From contig OZ076409.1 of the NCBI GenBank assembly GCA_964187785.1, positions 47,308,001-47,372,000 of the forward strand: a stretch of 64,000 nucleotides of DNA, read 5' to 3'. The DNA comes from Amphiscolops sp. MND2022 (lineage: Eukaryota). Below the pieces are notes generated by a model. That model ran no database searches. It worked only from the letters and a program-made list of their open reading frames with translations, and was not told the DNA's origin. This document shows positions 12,501-25,335 of this stretch, piece by piece; within the stretch, counting starts at the first letter, position 1, and every line of letters begins with the position of its first letter. Position numbers and translations under genes: made by a program.

Positions 12501-15500
12501 TCCGGATTCATGTAATAGTCTGACTAGTTTAGTCCTAACTAAAGGGCCGACTAAGTCATTACAGTGCATCTGCAAGCTAAATCGCCACAGGCACGTTTCT
12601 GTGCGTGTATGTCCTCCGATTCCGCAGACATGTCTGAAAACGTGTAAAATTGGCAATTTAGCACTGATTTTGCGGGATCCCCGCCACGAAAATCGGCGTT
12701 TTTCGGAATCCGAGGGCATGGGTTAATACATCGGGGGTTAATACGTGGGGTTAATAGTGGTGGGGATGTAAAAGTACTGCGCATACTGCGGGGGGAAGGG
12801 TTTGCAGGGGATTTAATAGAAAAGACCATCTCAAGAAAAAAAGCTTACTTTTCTACCAACTGTAATTGAAAAAAATGAAAATTTTGATGAAGTAATTGGT
12901 GTGGACTTGGAGATTTTTTAGTTCCAATTGTGGGTCAAAACGTGATGCTTCATTTAACAGAAGTTTGTTTCCGAACATTATCTTTTCTAGCAATTTTCAT
13001 CTGATTTCAAGAGATAAAATGCGGAAATATATTATAATTGTTCCGGAACGTAGGTGTACGAATTACTCTATCGAATAAATTTCTGGAATCTGAGACACGT
13101 TGCACTATTTGCTCTCTACTTAATTGGCCCTATTGAGGCCTGGCATAAGTGGCAATTAATTGGCCCCATTAACGTGCCAAGACACAAAAATGCGGGAAGT
13201 AAGATTTCAACTTCAAAGGAAGCTAAGGCAGTCGACATCAAAGTGGAATGAATTCCGAGATTTCGTGTCCTGATTTCCGCAAAAAGCTCAGAAAAAGCTT
13301 GCAGATACACTGTAATGGTATTATGTGAAAGTAATTGTCAGGCGATTTCAGTTAGTTTAACTATAATTGTCTAATAATAGTACAAAAGAATAAAAATAAG
13401 TATCGGAATGGAGTACAAAGCGTACTATTGTACGCACTTTGAACAAGACAGCTGCTGACCAACAGGATATTTTCCGTCCAAACTGTGCTAGCAACGACAT
13501 AATGTCGAGGCTCAAGAGTAGCCATTGCACTATGAAAACGCATACAAGTTTGATGAAAACGTTTGACATTTTTCAATTTAATGTCATCCCATTTCAGAAG
13601 GAAACACTTCCACAACTCAATAAACACCCATTTGTTTTGTTGTCGGCCTGCGTGTATACCAAAACCTAACCAACCAAATTTCCATAATTTTGCACGGAAA
13701 GTCACTAAAAACGTCAAAAATTTGAAAAAAAAAAGATTTTCGACAACTTTGCGGCCAGTTCAGGCACTTTTCTAAGAAACTGCAGATTGCGTTTTAAAAA
13801 AGACTATTGGATACCGGGTTAAGTCTTTGTTGAATTACGAAATAGCTAGAAAGTATTGCAAAAAAGTTTGTAAAAATTTTTAAAAAGTTTGGATTTTTTC
13901 ATTATGATCAAAATTTCTGACGAACTTATTACATACGAAACATTATTTTGATAAAATGAAATCTGCATGCCTAATTAAAACGTTTAGAGTTTTCTAAAAC
14001 TTGTCAATTGCCAAATTTTGGTATTCGTTATTGAAAATTCACTAATTGTCAAAAATTCTCCAACGTTGATTTTTTTTCGACTATTTTGAGGTCATTTTGA
14101 TGCTCTCTTTTAACGTGAAACTGCAATTGACCTTCAGAACGACTAGTGGACAAAGCGGTTTTCTGCTTTTGAACGCTCTAATTCTTCCAACGATGGAACC
14201 TTCTCAATAACTTGAAAAAATTCCATAAGTAGCGTTGAATGTGGATGTTTTGATTCATGAAGCAAAACACTGCAATTCTCTCTTCCGTAAACATATTGCC
14301 TACCTAGTTTGTTCGTATTTGAGTGATTTGACACTTCTTAGCCTTAAAAACCTACAAGAATTGTACATGAAGTTATTGAGAAACAACAAACCAGAAAAAT
14401 TTGAGTTTCCGTCATTTCAGGTTGAAATTGAAGCATATTTTTGAAAATAACGCGCATTAGTTTTTTACCGCTTACCGAACACTATATTCAATTGTAGATG
14501 AAACAGTTCGAAGTTCTAATTTACAAATTTTGTTGAATTCTTGAAAGAAATGCGTTAAAATGTTGAAACGTTTATAAACCAATCTTCGGAATGTTTGGTT
14601 ATTTTAGTCATTTTAAAGCTCTTTTCCAATATAAACCTCTTTTCCAAGTGACTTTCAAAAACTTCACAGTAAATTGCGTTTGTTTGTTGTTGAATGTTTT
14701 CATTCTTCTAACAAACGAAACTCACGAAATTCCGAACAAAACTAAATTTTCGGAAAATGCTGGATTCTCTAGTACTTTGAGTCCTCCTAATATAATGATC
14801 TTCCTAAAAAACTACAAAATATTCCTGCAAAAGGTGTACTGCATAGCTTGATAACCCGTTTGGAGCTTTGGGACCGTTTAATTCACGTAGAATTTCACGA
14901 ACAATCACTTAAACTGTCAAAGTTTTTGACTTTTTTGGGTCATGTTGAGACATTTTCCAAACACAAACCAGCACGTACCTCTCAAAAAGCCAACTGGATA
15001 TCGACTGCAATCGTTGTTGAACCATCCTCTTGTTGTTACCCTCGAAACGTTTTGAAGACTTCACAGACTTTGCACAAAAACCTAGAAAACTTCAATATTT
15101 CTATATTCTGACTCACTGGGGTCGTTTTGAAGTGTTTCCGATGTGAAACACTAATTTTCTCATTAAAATAGACAGTACATACTTTTTTCACCTTTGTTTG
15201 TTTTGAACCTTCTAACTCACAGAAACTCTCAAAAATTGTACTCAAATAAGATGAAAAGCTACATAAATTAGAAATTTTCAGATTTCTCGTTTATTTTGGT
15301 GCCGCGTCAATGCACATTTTTATCACAAAATTGCATTCATCCCCTACTCAAAAAGCCTACTGGACAACGAAATCAATTGTGGTTGGAAGGTTACGGAGTT
15401 TTCTTCCATGAAATTGTTAAAAACTTCACCAAAACTGGGTCAAAATATCAAAAATAGGAATTTACTTCTCAACTCCTCAAACAACCTTTTTGAACAACAA

Positions 15501-18500
15501 TTCTTTAGTTGTTGAACCTTTTCGACGTTCTGATCCTCGACGTCTCTGTAATGTTTGACAAAAGTTGCATAAAAACCTGGTAAATTTTGGATTTTTTTTT
15601 AATTTCGGTCGCAATTTGGTCCTCGGACAACGAATTCTTTCTCTGTTGGACGTTTCCGACATTCTAAGCCACCAAGTTTTTTGAAGATTGGTCAAAAACG
15701 GCATTAAAACGTCAAAAAAGTTATTTATTTCGGAATTTTTGTCAACTTCAGTCTGAATTTGTGGCATATTAAAAAATGCTTTATTTCTTCAAAGAAGCCT
15801 CTTGGACAACGATTTTTTTCCTTTCTGAACATTTTCAACTTTCTAAGCCGCGAAGTCAATTGATAATTTCTCAAAAATTGGTTTAAAACGGTAAAATTGG
15901 AAACTTTTGCACTTTTTGTTGTTTTGGGGTCATTTTGTCATTATGAGGTCTTTGGGGTCAATAAAAAAGTTTGAAAATCTCTTCAAATACACATCGCATG
16001 ATACTAATTTTATGTCAGTTGATTCTATGGATGAAACCTTCAGCTCTTGGACATAAATTTGGAACGGATGAAACCCTTCAGCTCTTGGACATAAATTTGG
16101 AACGGATGAGAAACCCTTCAGCTCTTGGACATAAATTTGGAACATGACAAATTTTGTTTAAAAAACTGTTTGATTTAAATATTTTCCTTCCCCATATGAG
16201 ATATAGACGGAAAATACCAAAATCGAAATCGGTCAGAATCGAGCCACGTAATAACTTCGCCCTAAAATATAGTTTCAGTTTTCTGAACTTCTCGAAGTAA
16301 GATAAATTGGGCTTGTTGACCTTTTTTGGGTCTGTTAAATTTTTGTTCGGGCGCCTATGAGCTCTTTTTATTTCGCTTGCATAAACACCCATTCAATAAC
16401 GGATAATTAATCAAACAAAAATGATAGGGTTCGATAATTGGAATTTCAGTCATTAGATAAATTCTTCACACCATTGATACAAACTTTCTAACTAAGAACA
16501 ATTTCAGTTCTGTAGCCAGTAAATGTTCCAGATTACCACCAGGAAACCCCAAAGTCCAAAAAGTTTTGTTTCATACTGGATCTAAAAATATAATCTCAAT
16601 ACACTGTGACGCGAGGTCTCTGAGAAACTTATTCTCTTTATCATTGACAGATATTTTTGTCAAAGACTGGAACAGCTCAGTGTGCTCAACGTCATCCCGT
16701 GACAAGTTCATATGGGGTCCAATCGAATAAATTGCCACAAGGATTCTTCGCTTATGCGTCTCGCTTTTTGAATCGAATACTGCAATAAGAGACCTGAATT
16801 TTTTCACGTCCGAGAAAATCTCCGCCAAACGCAACCCTACTTCTTCGTGGTTAGCCATGTTTCCAAGAACAGTCGCTGCTAATGCAACATGGGCTCTGCT
16901 CTTCTGGTTACTTGCTTCTTCTATGTATTCCAGAAGTCGTTCACATCCAGACAAATGCATACATTCTCTAGCCGCTGGTCTTAGCTGCACAACATTCGCT
17001 AAAACTATCAAGTAGTTTCTTCGACAAAGCTCTTCATGGTCTAATTGCAACCCGTCCAATAGTGTAACCACGCCTCCAACTTTGTGACAATTGACACGGC
17101 CCGTAAACTCGTGACATGTTATGCGTGATAAAATAATACCTGCCAGGTCTCGTTCCAGCGAATTGTCTGAGCATGAGATAGTATCCAGTAAGGTTTTTTC
17201 AACGAACTGCTCCTCTGTTATAAAGTGGTAGATGTTTGTGTCTTTTGAGGTCTTCATGTTGCGAATGAACTCTTTGAGGACCAGAAATCGTTCCAGTGTT
17301 CCGGGTGCCGTGTACCGCAGATTTTCGATCCAGTTGGCCACCACAGGACTGGAAAAAAACTAATAGTAAAAGTACCTAACGATGATTGAAATATCACTTT
17401 GTTATCTCCAAATATGCACACTTGAAAAAAATGCGACAGGAAAAGGAGTAAAATATGTGAATTTTTGATACCAAAAAGTTTTACTTTTTCTTGAGGAGAT
17501 AGTCATTTTGTAACGTCTAATCTTTATCACACCAAAAAAATAATAGAACGGTAAAACCGGGTCTAAGCACAAATTTTCTAACCTTGAAATCAATAAGTCG
17601 GGGATTCTTTCCGGCTTCAACTTGCGAGATTTACGTCTCACAGTAAGTCGATTCCATTTTCTTCTATAAGTTCGTTCGTTCAAAGACTCTGACGATGATA
17701 GAAATCTAACCGATTGCTCTGCTCCCATTGCAAATAAAATGAAACTTTTATCTTTGAATCATTCAATTGAAAATTGAGCATCTAAACGGTGCTCAGAGAA
17801 TTTTTGAAAAGACCACTGTATATTCATACAAAATAGTTCTTGATCGAGACCAAAAATTTGTGTTGTATCTGCATAAGCTTGATGTCACAGATGGAATTTC
17901 AATGCATAGTTCCATACAATCTTGTTAAGCTTCATCACTCGCGCGGTTCCTTTGGCAATCTTTGTTTTTATATCGTATTATCGCTAGATTAAATGGGAAA
18001 CGCCATCTCGAAGGAATTTTTCGAAATACAATCAAAGCATTTTGAATTTGTCCTCGAAACATGTTAACGAAACATGAATTGAGAAACTTAGGAGAACAAA
18101 GTCACCTAAGAAGCGTAGAAAGGGCAGAAAAATACAGTCTAAAAGTCCCAGGGGCAAAATATCTATAAAAGTAAGCCCCCAATCTTTAAAAACTCAAGTA
18201 AAAGTTGAATCAATTGAAAATATCGATAACATTGCCGATTATATAATCAGAGAATCTCTCTCATTTGATTACAGCAATTTTTTTCAAACGTGAGCAGCAT
18301 TTTCAAACATAAGCTGCAACAAACCAACAAAGACGAGCATTATTGAATAGCACTCACTTTTTTCAATTTTAGGTCACAACCGGAGGCTCAGAGAGTTTAC
18401 TGGTAGCTGTTCTGGCTGCTCGTAACAGAGCGTATGAAAAAGGAATTCGATACCCCGAACTTGTGATGCCCATAACTGCCCATGCAGCTTTCGACAAAGC

Positions 18501-21500
18501 CTGCAACTACTTCAGAGTAAAGGCCATACATGTTCCAGTGGACAAGAAAACTTACCAACTCAACGTAGCAGCCATGAAAAGAGCCATCACCAAAAACACT
18601 TGTCTTGTTAGTATTACATAATCAGATTGCGTGAGATTTCGAATTCATACATTCAATCTCCTATTTTCATTAGACTAACTTACAAATACAAAGCTTGGAT
18701 TTTTTACAGCAAACGCCATTCATAAATGGATCCTTCTAGATATTTGTGACAAAATAATTAGTACTCAGTTTATACATCGTTTACGGTATATACAAGTTCC
18801 ATGNNNNNNNNNNNNNNNNNNNNNNNNNNNNNNNNNNNNNNNNNNNNNNNNNNNNNNNNNNNNNNNNNNNNNNNNNNNNNNNNNNNNNNNNNNNNNNNNN
18901 NNNNNNNNNNNNNNNNNNNNNNNNNNNNNNNNNNNNNNNNNNNNNNNNNNNNNNNNNNNNNNNNNNNNNNNNNNNNNNNNNNNNNNNNNNNNNNNNNNNN
19001 NNNATAACAATTGATTGCGTTAGAAAAGAAATTATGATGTCCCACTAATTTTAAATTTCATTCAGCCATCCATGCAATGTAGATCCCACATCACGCGCTT
19101 TTTATCTAAGGGTCTCAAGTTTGAATCCTTCCGTGGCCTGATGTTTTTTTTAAACTTTCGGTTTTTAGTCAAGTGTTGGTAAAATGGTTTGACCTTTGCC
19201 CATGCAAATTGGTTGCATGTTTTGTCTAACCACCCGGTTCTTTTTAGCTGGGTGTGAAATATGACATTCCTGTTCACGTGGATGCTTGTTTGGGCAGTTT
19301 TGTTGTCGCAACAATGGGCGAAGCAGGGTTCAAAATGCCCAACTTCGATTTTAGGGTTCCTGGAGTTGCAAGTATCTCGTGTGATACTCACAAAGTAAGC
19401 TAGTTACACATCTTCTAAACTCGCTGTTTGAAACATTTCAAAGTTTTGTAATATTTAATTGACACTTCGCATAAAACTAAATACCAATTCAATTTTTCAA
19501 TTTCAAAAACTCGAAATTTCTAATCGTCCAGTTTTGTGATGTTTGGTAATTATACACTTTTGATTTTAGTATGGATATGCTCCCAAAGGAACTTCCATTC
19601 TTCTGTTTAAAGATCCAGACTATATGAAGTATGCATTCTTCTCACAACCTGATTGGTTAGGTTAGTACAGTGATCCTCACGTTTAATTCCCAATCGAGTA
19701 GAAATGTTAGCAAACGTGTGATCTTGTTCCTTATTGCAGGGCTGTCAAAAAAGTGCATATTTTAAATTCTATGTTTAATCATTTAGAACTGAGATCAACT
19801 AATACACAAATTCGAAACATTGAGATCTCTATTCTCATTTTGAAGCTGAAAAATTCCACGAATTCAAAAGGGGTAATTACTAGAGTGAGCATACAGATCA
19901 ATGCAAATGGATCAGTTTCATCTTCAAGTGATAACAATGCGAATTCAGGCGGAATCTACGCAACTCCAACCACAGGGGGTAGTCGAAGTGGAGCTCTAAT
20001 AGCAACTGCTTGGGCCACAATGTTGTACCATGGACGGTCTGGGTACATAGCGAAGACACGGAAAGTTGTCAGCACCACCCGCAGTCTTGCTGAACAGTAT
20101 CTACACCATCATCTTTTCTTAAAAACATTTCTGTAGATCTTCGAAACTTTAGTTGCAGGAGTCCGTGAATCGTTTTTCGCAAAACTTGATGGAATTTTAC
20201 CTGCCAAAGTTTATGAAATGTTTTGGTCATACGCATGCAGTGCAACAATTAATAATTAGGCTCAAGTATTTCATCGACGTTTTTCTTAAACGTTCATCTT
20301 CTGACATATACTTGCGAATGAAGTTGCTTGAAGATCATCTTGAACGAATTGTCAATTGTCCCATTAGGTTCATGGAATAGTCATGAGCATATGTCAGCCA
20401 CTCATTTAGAACATATATGCTCATGTAAAAAAGTTTTCCTTTCCAGGATTTCCAAAATAGACGGACTGGAGATTATGGGTGACCCTAAAGTGTGTGTAGT
20501 TGCATGGACCTCTGCCCACTTTGAAATTCTGAGACAGTATGAAATGCTAAAGGAACGCGATTGGGTCGTGTCTGCTACACAGTTTCCAACCGGGTAAACG
20601 AATAACTAAAATATTCAGAGAATTAGATTAGGAAAGACTAGAATTCGGAATTAGATTGATCCGATAGCACTGTATCTATTAGAGGCACCCTTTATATCTC
20701 AATACTGTGTGCAACGCATATATCTGCCAATATCCCGAAGACCTTCGAGCATTATGATATCTAATATTGTCTTAATAAACTTTGATAATTTATGATAATT
20801 TTTCTTTTTGAATATTTCATTGAAACTAAATTTATATCAATTAAAAGATACTATAGCTTCAACTACTGGAATTCTTTAAATCAAAAATACAGGGCTTGTT
20901 ATCTGCCGATAACTATGTCAAAGTTGTGGAGCTACCTATTGCGTTCGTTCTGCGTAGAGAATGCGCCTGTCAAATTTGAAATTTGAGATAAATTAAGAAT
21001 TTTATCACCTATACGAAAAAGATTTGCTGTATATGCTCAAAAATACTGATTGCCTTGTGTTCCAGTATCCATTTCACTGTCACAATGCAGCACACAGGAG
21101 AAGGCTGGTTAGACAACTTTGTCAAAGATATCAGGGAAACTGCCGCCATCTGTATGCAAAACCCAGAAGAAAAAGCTACAGGCGAAGTATGTTTATGTAT
21201 TCATGTATTGTTTCATTCATTAAAATCCATTCTGTAGTGAACTGAAAAACCTAAACGTACCTTGACGAACATTATTACTTTCCAGCTATATTTCTACCTA
21301 GTTTTTTTCCAATAATTGTCATGTTCCTAGCTTATATCCAAGTTCAAGGGTTTCACCCATCGAATTCAACTGACGTAAACTTAGTATTCTGTGATAATAT
21401 ATTTGTAGACATTTTTGAACTTTTTTACTTGACCCGTGAATGACTCAAAAATGACAGAAATTGCAAAATATACCAATTTCAACGTTTTTGAAATTTTTGT

Positions 21501-24141
21501 TTGATTTTTTGATATCCTTGGTGGCTTAGAATGTAAACCACATTCATCAAGGAAAGAAGGAGAGACCTCGTTGTCCAGAAAACTTTTCCGAAGAAATAAA
21601 TAAAGTTTCTTGAGGGAAGATGCCTCAAACTGCCACCGAAATTGTCAAAAATCCAAAAATTTTAGATTTCTCACAATTTTCTACAATTTTTGCCAAATTT
21701 TGGAGAGGCTGTATCGATTGAAATGTGAAACTGTTCAAAAAAGTTCGTTGTCCAATAAATTTTTTGATTTTCGTTGAGAGATAAATGCGTTTCGTTTTGT
21801 AGAAAAATGCCTCAATTGACACAAAAACTACGAGAAGCCTAAAAGTTTCAAATTTCTGTCGTTTTCATACAATTTATGTTTAATTTCCAATGTCCAGAAG
21901 TTTTCTTGGGTTAGAGAGTCCAAAACGTTGAACAACGGAAAAACTAGCTATACAGTACACTTTTTTGAAGAGAAAGTTGCAGTGGTTTGCTTCAAAAACA
22001 CTTCAGAATGACTCCAAATGAAATTAAAAATCGGACAATTTTGTTCTCGTTTTCCTCGTGTTGATGTAATTCTTGTAACCTTTTTGATTTTTTTGTAGTT
22101 GAAATACTTGAAACACCCAAACATGATAAAAATTGTTTTGTTTGGCTTTTTGACGAGATATCCGCATCCCTGTGACCCCAAATACGAAATTATCAAATTT
22201 GACACTTCTATTAATTTTTGATGATAAAATTTCGTAAATTAGAAAAGTAATTAGGCTCGAAACAAAATATTTAGCCAGGCAGTACGCCTTTCAAACGAAA
22301 ATAGGTTTCTTGGGAGAACAAAACTACAGATTGACCAGAACTGCTGAAACTCAAAAACTTTCCAAATTTTGGTGTTGTTTTGGAAAGTTTGTTGATCTCG
22401 ATATGTTTCGTGTGTTAGAATTACAAAAAAAACTCAACAACGAACAAACGCGGTATTAAATGGGCTGCTAGGATAAAAAGCGGTTTCATGTAACAAAAGG
22501 TCCTCGAATGACCCAAATTAATCTTAAAGATCAAAGTTTTCCAATTCTTGGTAATTCCAGTGGATTTTGTTCCAAACTACAGAAGTTGGTGAGTTGAAAG
22601 CTTCAGACAATACAACTAAAAGACAATTCAAACAGCTTTGCAGCTTAGTTTGAACGAAGAACTTTGCATTTTTATGGAGGAAAGATACTCCAGAAGGACC
22701 CAAAGTTTGATTGAGAAAATTCGAGTTTTTGAAGCTTTAGTGTCGCTTCTTTTCTGAATATTTTATCCACTTTGGTGGCATACAAACGTTTGAAAACTCA
22801 ACAACGACTGAGCCCAATATAGACTAGTTGTTTTGGAATGTATAAGTACAGTTTCTCGTTAGAGTCGGCCTCAAAGACACCCAAAACCAAAAACGACAAA
22901 AAACTTATTTTTTTGACATCTTAGGACCAATTTTTGTTCAATCTAGGAATTTTTATGTGGAACAGAACTTCCATTTTCCTGAATGCTGAAACAATAGGCT
23001 CACCAAAATGCTCCCTACAAAAGAAAATGGGATGAATTTCCTCGAATTTGAGAACAAAGAAGTCAAGGATTCGAAAGTTTCTGATTACCGACCACAAATT
23101 CCCAAATTTGGACAGTTTCAGAATGTTTCCTAAAATATTAAAAAACATAACGTCGAGGTCGAAGCATGCAGTACGAGTTCCTAAAAAAATTGCACTGCAA
23201 AAAGAAATTACAAAACTAAAAACAACTTCGGAAACGTAAAAAAAATTTCGACATTTCATCAATCTATACTATTTATTAAGCTCTAAACGATATAACTACC
23301 TATGTAGTACGCTTTTCAAAAGAATATTTTGCACTTTTCCAGGTAGAAAAACGCAGAAAACCCCTAGAGTTCCAGAAGTGTTTGACGTTTTCTTGCAGTT
23401 TTCGTGAAATTATCGACCTATTCCGTTGGTTAGAATGGTGTAAATCGTCGACTGAATCCTGTATCAATTAGGTGTTTTGGAAGAAATTTGTACACTTTCG
23501 TTTTTGAAGAGAGCGTTAAATTGACCCAAAGGAGTCGAAAATATCAAGTTTTCCCAATTTTTGAATTTTTTAGTGTAGATAAACATTTGGTAGGGTAAGT
23601 TGTGGTATTCACTTAGTTGAACGACAAAACAATTCGGTACTTAGCGTATTTTTAAATTAAGTGCTTCCTTCATAAATAGGATAAGTTGAATCAATAAAAG
23701 TCAAAACTTTTATTCCTTCAAATGTCTGTTCATTTTCATAGATCATTGGCTACTTTTGAGCCTCAAAGTCATGTCGTAGAACAGTTTGGTTGCAGAAAAT
23801 ACCCCGCTGGTCAGCGGGCGTTTAACCAAATTCAGCCTTTTTGAAGCTCTACCAGCAATTCAAAACTGCTTCAATGAGTACGTGCTGGTGAATCAACTTT
23901 CTTCAAGTCAACTTTTTGGGTTGTAATGTTTCTCATGCACTGCACCGAATCCTTTTTACCAACCCTAGTCTAATAATCCAATGAGATTACTTGCACGTCG
24001 TTCTAGAAAGTTCTGATTGTGTAAATAAATTCGATTGTTTTACAGGCTGCATTGTACGGAATGTCACAAACTATTCCTGACCGATCTCTGGTCAAAGAAG
24101 TTGGATTTCTGTTCTGGCAGAGGTACTACCAAACAAAATGA
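439..24141 (+). CDS. SGPL1: Sphingosine-1-phosphate lyase (PLP-dependent), multi-exon; 5' exons lie upstream of the window
   Basis: Nine GT-AG-bounded, phase-compatible exons: 439-512, 8137-8265, 18373-18606, 19248-19394, 19570-19660, 19949-20096, 20447-20593, 21066-21186, 24046-24141. They splice to SGQVY...[15 protein letters not shown]...TTGGSES...AHAAFDKA...HVDACLG...[15 protein letters not shown]...[11 protein letters not shown]...QFP..IHF...AALYGMSQ, colinear with animal S1P lyases. The PLP lysine is in DTHK. One expected exon is not visible. Confidence 0.96.
1000..1275. repeat. 22-bp minisatellite, about 12 copies
   Basis: Degenerate repeats of TTTTCAAAGTTCGGATATAACG. Confidence 0.9.
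1546..7039 (+). mobile_element. Full-length decayed Ty3/Gypsy LTR retrotransposon (element 1)
   Basis: 208-bp TG...CA LTRs at 1546-1753 and 6832-7039. TSD AAGGA at 1541-1545 and 7040-7044. PBS TGGCGCTGCG at 1754 and purine tract AAGGGGA at 6825-6831. Domain order is gag-PR-RT-RH-INT. Confidence 0.96.
1753..6567 (+). pseudogene. gag-pol of Gypsy element 1 (frameshifts and stops)
   Basis: Gag zinc knuckles CTRC..H..C and CRSC....H; degenerate protease IVSG; RT FIDDILI (about 3761); RNase H CDAS..LGAIL and [17 protein letters not shown]; integrase LHYGHTG and IDFVGPF. Confidence 0.93.
8137..8265 (+). CDS. SGPL1: SGPL1 exon ([43 protein letters not shown])
   Basis: ttcatAG / GTtagt boundaries; NPLH motif. 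Confidence 0.95.
8282..10858. mobile_element. Mutator/Foldback-like TIR element with 9-bp TSD
   Basis: Direct repeat TCCCTAGAA at 8273-8281 and 10859-10867. Imperfect inverted arms are built of AACTCGTCGAAA-like subrepeats (about 8282-8400) versus TTTCGACGAGTT (about 10725-10858). Confidence 0.75.
8500..10625 (+). mobile_element. 5'-truncated, decayed non-LTR retrotransposon (LINE, L2/CR1/Jockey-like RT)
   Basis: RT motifs [47 protein letters not shown] and FADDT across broken frames. Boundaries approximate. Confidence 0.9.
11785..11845 (-). repeat. tRNA-derived SINE head or tRNA pseudogene
   Basis: Minus strand reads GGCTGGCCTAGTGGTTAGAGC (A box) ... GATATCGATTCCC (degenerate B box). No intact cloverleaf. 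Confidence 0.55.
11850..12478. mobile_element. MITE with TA TSD
   Basis: TIR CCCAGTTTGACCAAACATA ... TATGTTGGTCAACCTGGG, flanked by TA on both sides. Internal CATAGTATGATCATACTATG palindromes. Confidence 0.8.
12562..13312. mobile_element. Tc1/mariner-type MITE
   Basis: TIR CAGTGCATCTGCAAGCT ... AGCTTGCAGATACACTG with TA TSD. Confidence 0.85.
16029..16143. repeat. About 38-bp tandem triplication at the end of an AT-rich dispersed repeat
   Basis: Three copies of GGATGAAAC(C)CTTCAGCTCTTGGACATAAATTTGGAAC. The reverse complement of this terminus recurs near 21345 and 27342 (AAGGGTKTCACCCA..GAATTCAACT). Confidence 0.85.
16571..17728 (-). CDS. Nested two-exon gene: armadillo/HEAT-like helical repeat protein, 307 aa, N-terminal MGxxxS motif
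   Basis: Exon 1 17728-17583 (146 nt, donor AG|GTTAGA) and exon 2 17348-16571 (acceptor ttttttccAG) join in frame with no stops. ARM-like segments: [34 protein letters not shown]. Confidence 0.8.
18373..18606 (+). CDS. SGPL1: SGPL1 exon ([10 protein letters not shown]...AHAAFDKAC...AITKNTCL)
   Basis: ttttAG / GTtagt boundaries; 78 open codons with the TxGGxES and HAAFDKA motifs. Confidence 0.96.
18804..19003. other. Assembly gap (200 N)
   Basis: Run of N. Confidence 1.
19248..19394 (+). CDS. SGPL1: SGPL1 exon ([16 protein letters not shown]...SISCDTHK)
   Basis: tttttAG / GTaagc boundaries; HVDA and the PLP-binding DTHK. Confidence 0.96.
19570..19660 (+). CDS. SGPL1: SGPL1 exon (YGYAPKGTS...QPDWLG)
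   Basis: ttttAG / GTtagt boundaries; YGYAPKG. Confidence 0.95.
19949..20096 (+). CDS. SGPL1: SGPL1 exon ([14 protein letters not shown]...TRSLAEQ)
   Basis: ttcAG / GTatct boundaries; phases match neighbouring exons. Confidence 0.93.
20447..20593 (+). CDS. SGPL1: SGPL1 exon ([20 protein letters not shown]...QFPTG)
   Basis: tttccAG / GTaaac boundaries. Confidence 0.93.
21066..21186 (+). CDS. SGPL1: SGPL1 exon (IHFTVTMQH...FVKDIRE...KATGE)
   Basis: ttccAG / GTatgt boundaries. Confidence 0.93.
24046..24141 (+). CDS. SGPL1: SGPL1 terminal coding exon ([16 protein letters not shown]...QTK*)
   Basis: ttttacAG acceptor and TGA at 24139-24141. An AATAAA lies near 24387. Confidence 0.93.
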   Translation, partial: AALYGMSQTIPDRSLVKEVGFLFWQRYYQTK

Positions 24142-25335
24142 AACGCATGTCAAAATCCTGATAAGTCCCCAAACTATATAACTTGACGGTGTTGCTATAT
24201 ACTGAAGATTACAGAAAGTTCACATTTTATATCAATCAATTTTACTAGAAATTGAAGATTTGAAGAAGATTGTCGAAGATTGTCTATGGTTTGACTCGGG
24301 AACACAGCACCAAGCAAGCTACAGTGTAGTTAAAAAGACTCGAAAAAGTAAACGTTGTCATCTACCACTTCGAATTTCTGCATGGAAATAAATGCAGGAA
24401 AAGTAAGTTTAACCAAGATTTTCAATAACAAAGCTTTTTGAATACATATTTGTATTACTTTTTGAGTTGAGAGTCTGGTTTACTGTTTTTGTATTTTGTC
24501 ACGAGGAGAAAAGATTTCTCACACTTTCATTAAAGAAGAAAACAAAAGACTGAATTATTATGGACTTTGCTTGATCATCGTCCTTCAGTAAGGAGCTGTT
24601 TGGTCTGAAAAATGAAAGAACTGAAGCTTCATCAAACTTGTCCAAAACAATGTCACTCTTAATATAAGGTAACTTGAAGCCACTGTCGAAGAGTGTTGGA
24701 AATAAAGGAAAACTTCCAAGTACAAAGCTTTTGCTTGAGATTCTAGATCAATGTACATCTGCAACGGTTTCAAATGAGAAATTTGCTAAAATGCAAAAGT
24801 CCAACTTCAGGGATAGACAACAGATCCTGCAAAGAAATGAAGAAAACTTTGGAAAGTCTCTGGAGATTTTCAAAATTAGTTATGATTAGGACCTGCCACA
24901 CAAAGTTCCAACCGGCTGCGCTAAAAATGGACTGTCTGAGTTGTGTCATGGGGACAGCGTGACTAGACCCTAGGACCTGTAGTTGTCTTGGACAATTTTC
25001 CACACCATTCGCTGTACCTCAGACCTCGAGGTGAACAACACATCGAAATTGCAGTTGTTTTAGCCACGTTCATTCCCAAACTTGTGTGTTTCCGTCTCTT
25101 TCCTTGCTTTTTCCTTCTCTTTTTCAAGGAAACAAAAGCGACCGTGGGTGTCAAGTTCGCAAGGTCAACGACGAAACAAATATTTGAATTTGACCGACGA
25201 CATTGCAGAGAGAGTTCGTCGGAGAAGTTTTGCACGTGTGTATATAAAAACTTCTTTACCGTGTTATTAACGGTGTATCAACTACATTTTTGAATCCTGG
25301 CCAAGTGGAGGAAACATTATACCATAGGTCGACGT

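Noticed and set aside
18765..19045. Poly-X ORFs in the track
   Set aside because: Artefacts of the N gap.
19062..19391. 109-aa minus-strand ORF
   Set aside because: Antisense shadow of the SGPL1 HVDACLG exon.
24560..25327. Coding-looking sequence interrupted by the hAT element
   Set aside because: Multiple stops and no recognisable motif or splice structure; possibly an old remnant but I cannot assign it.
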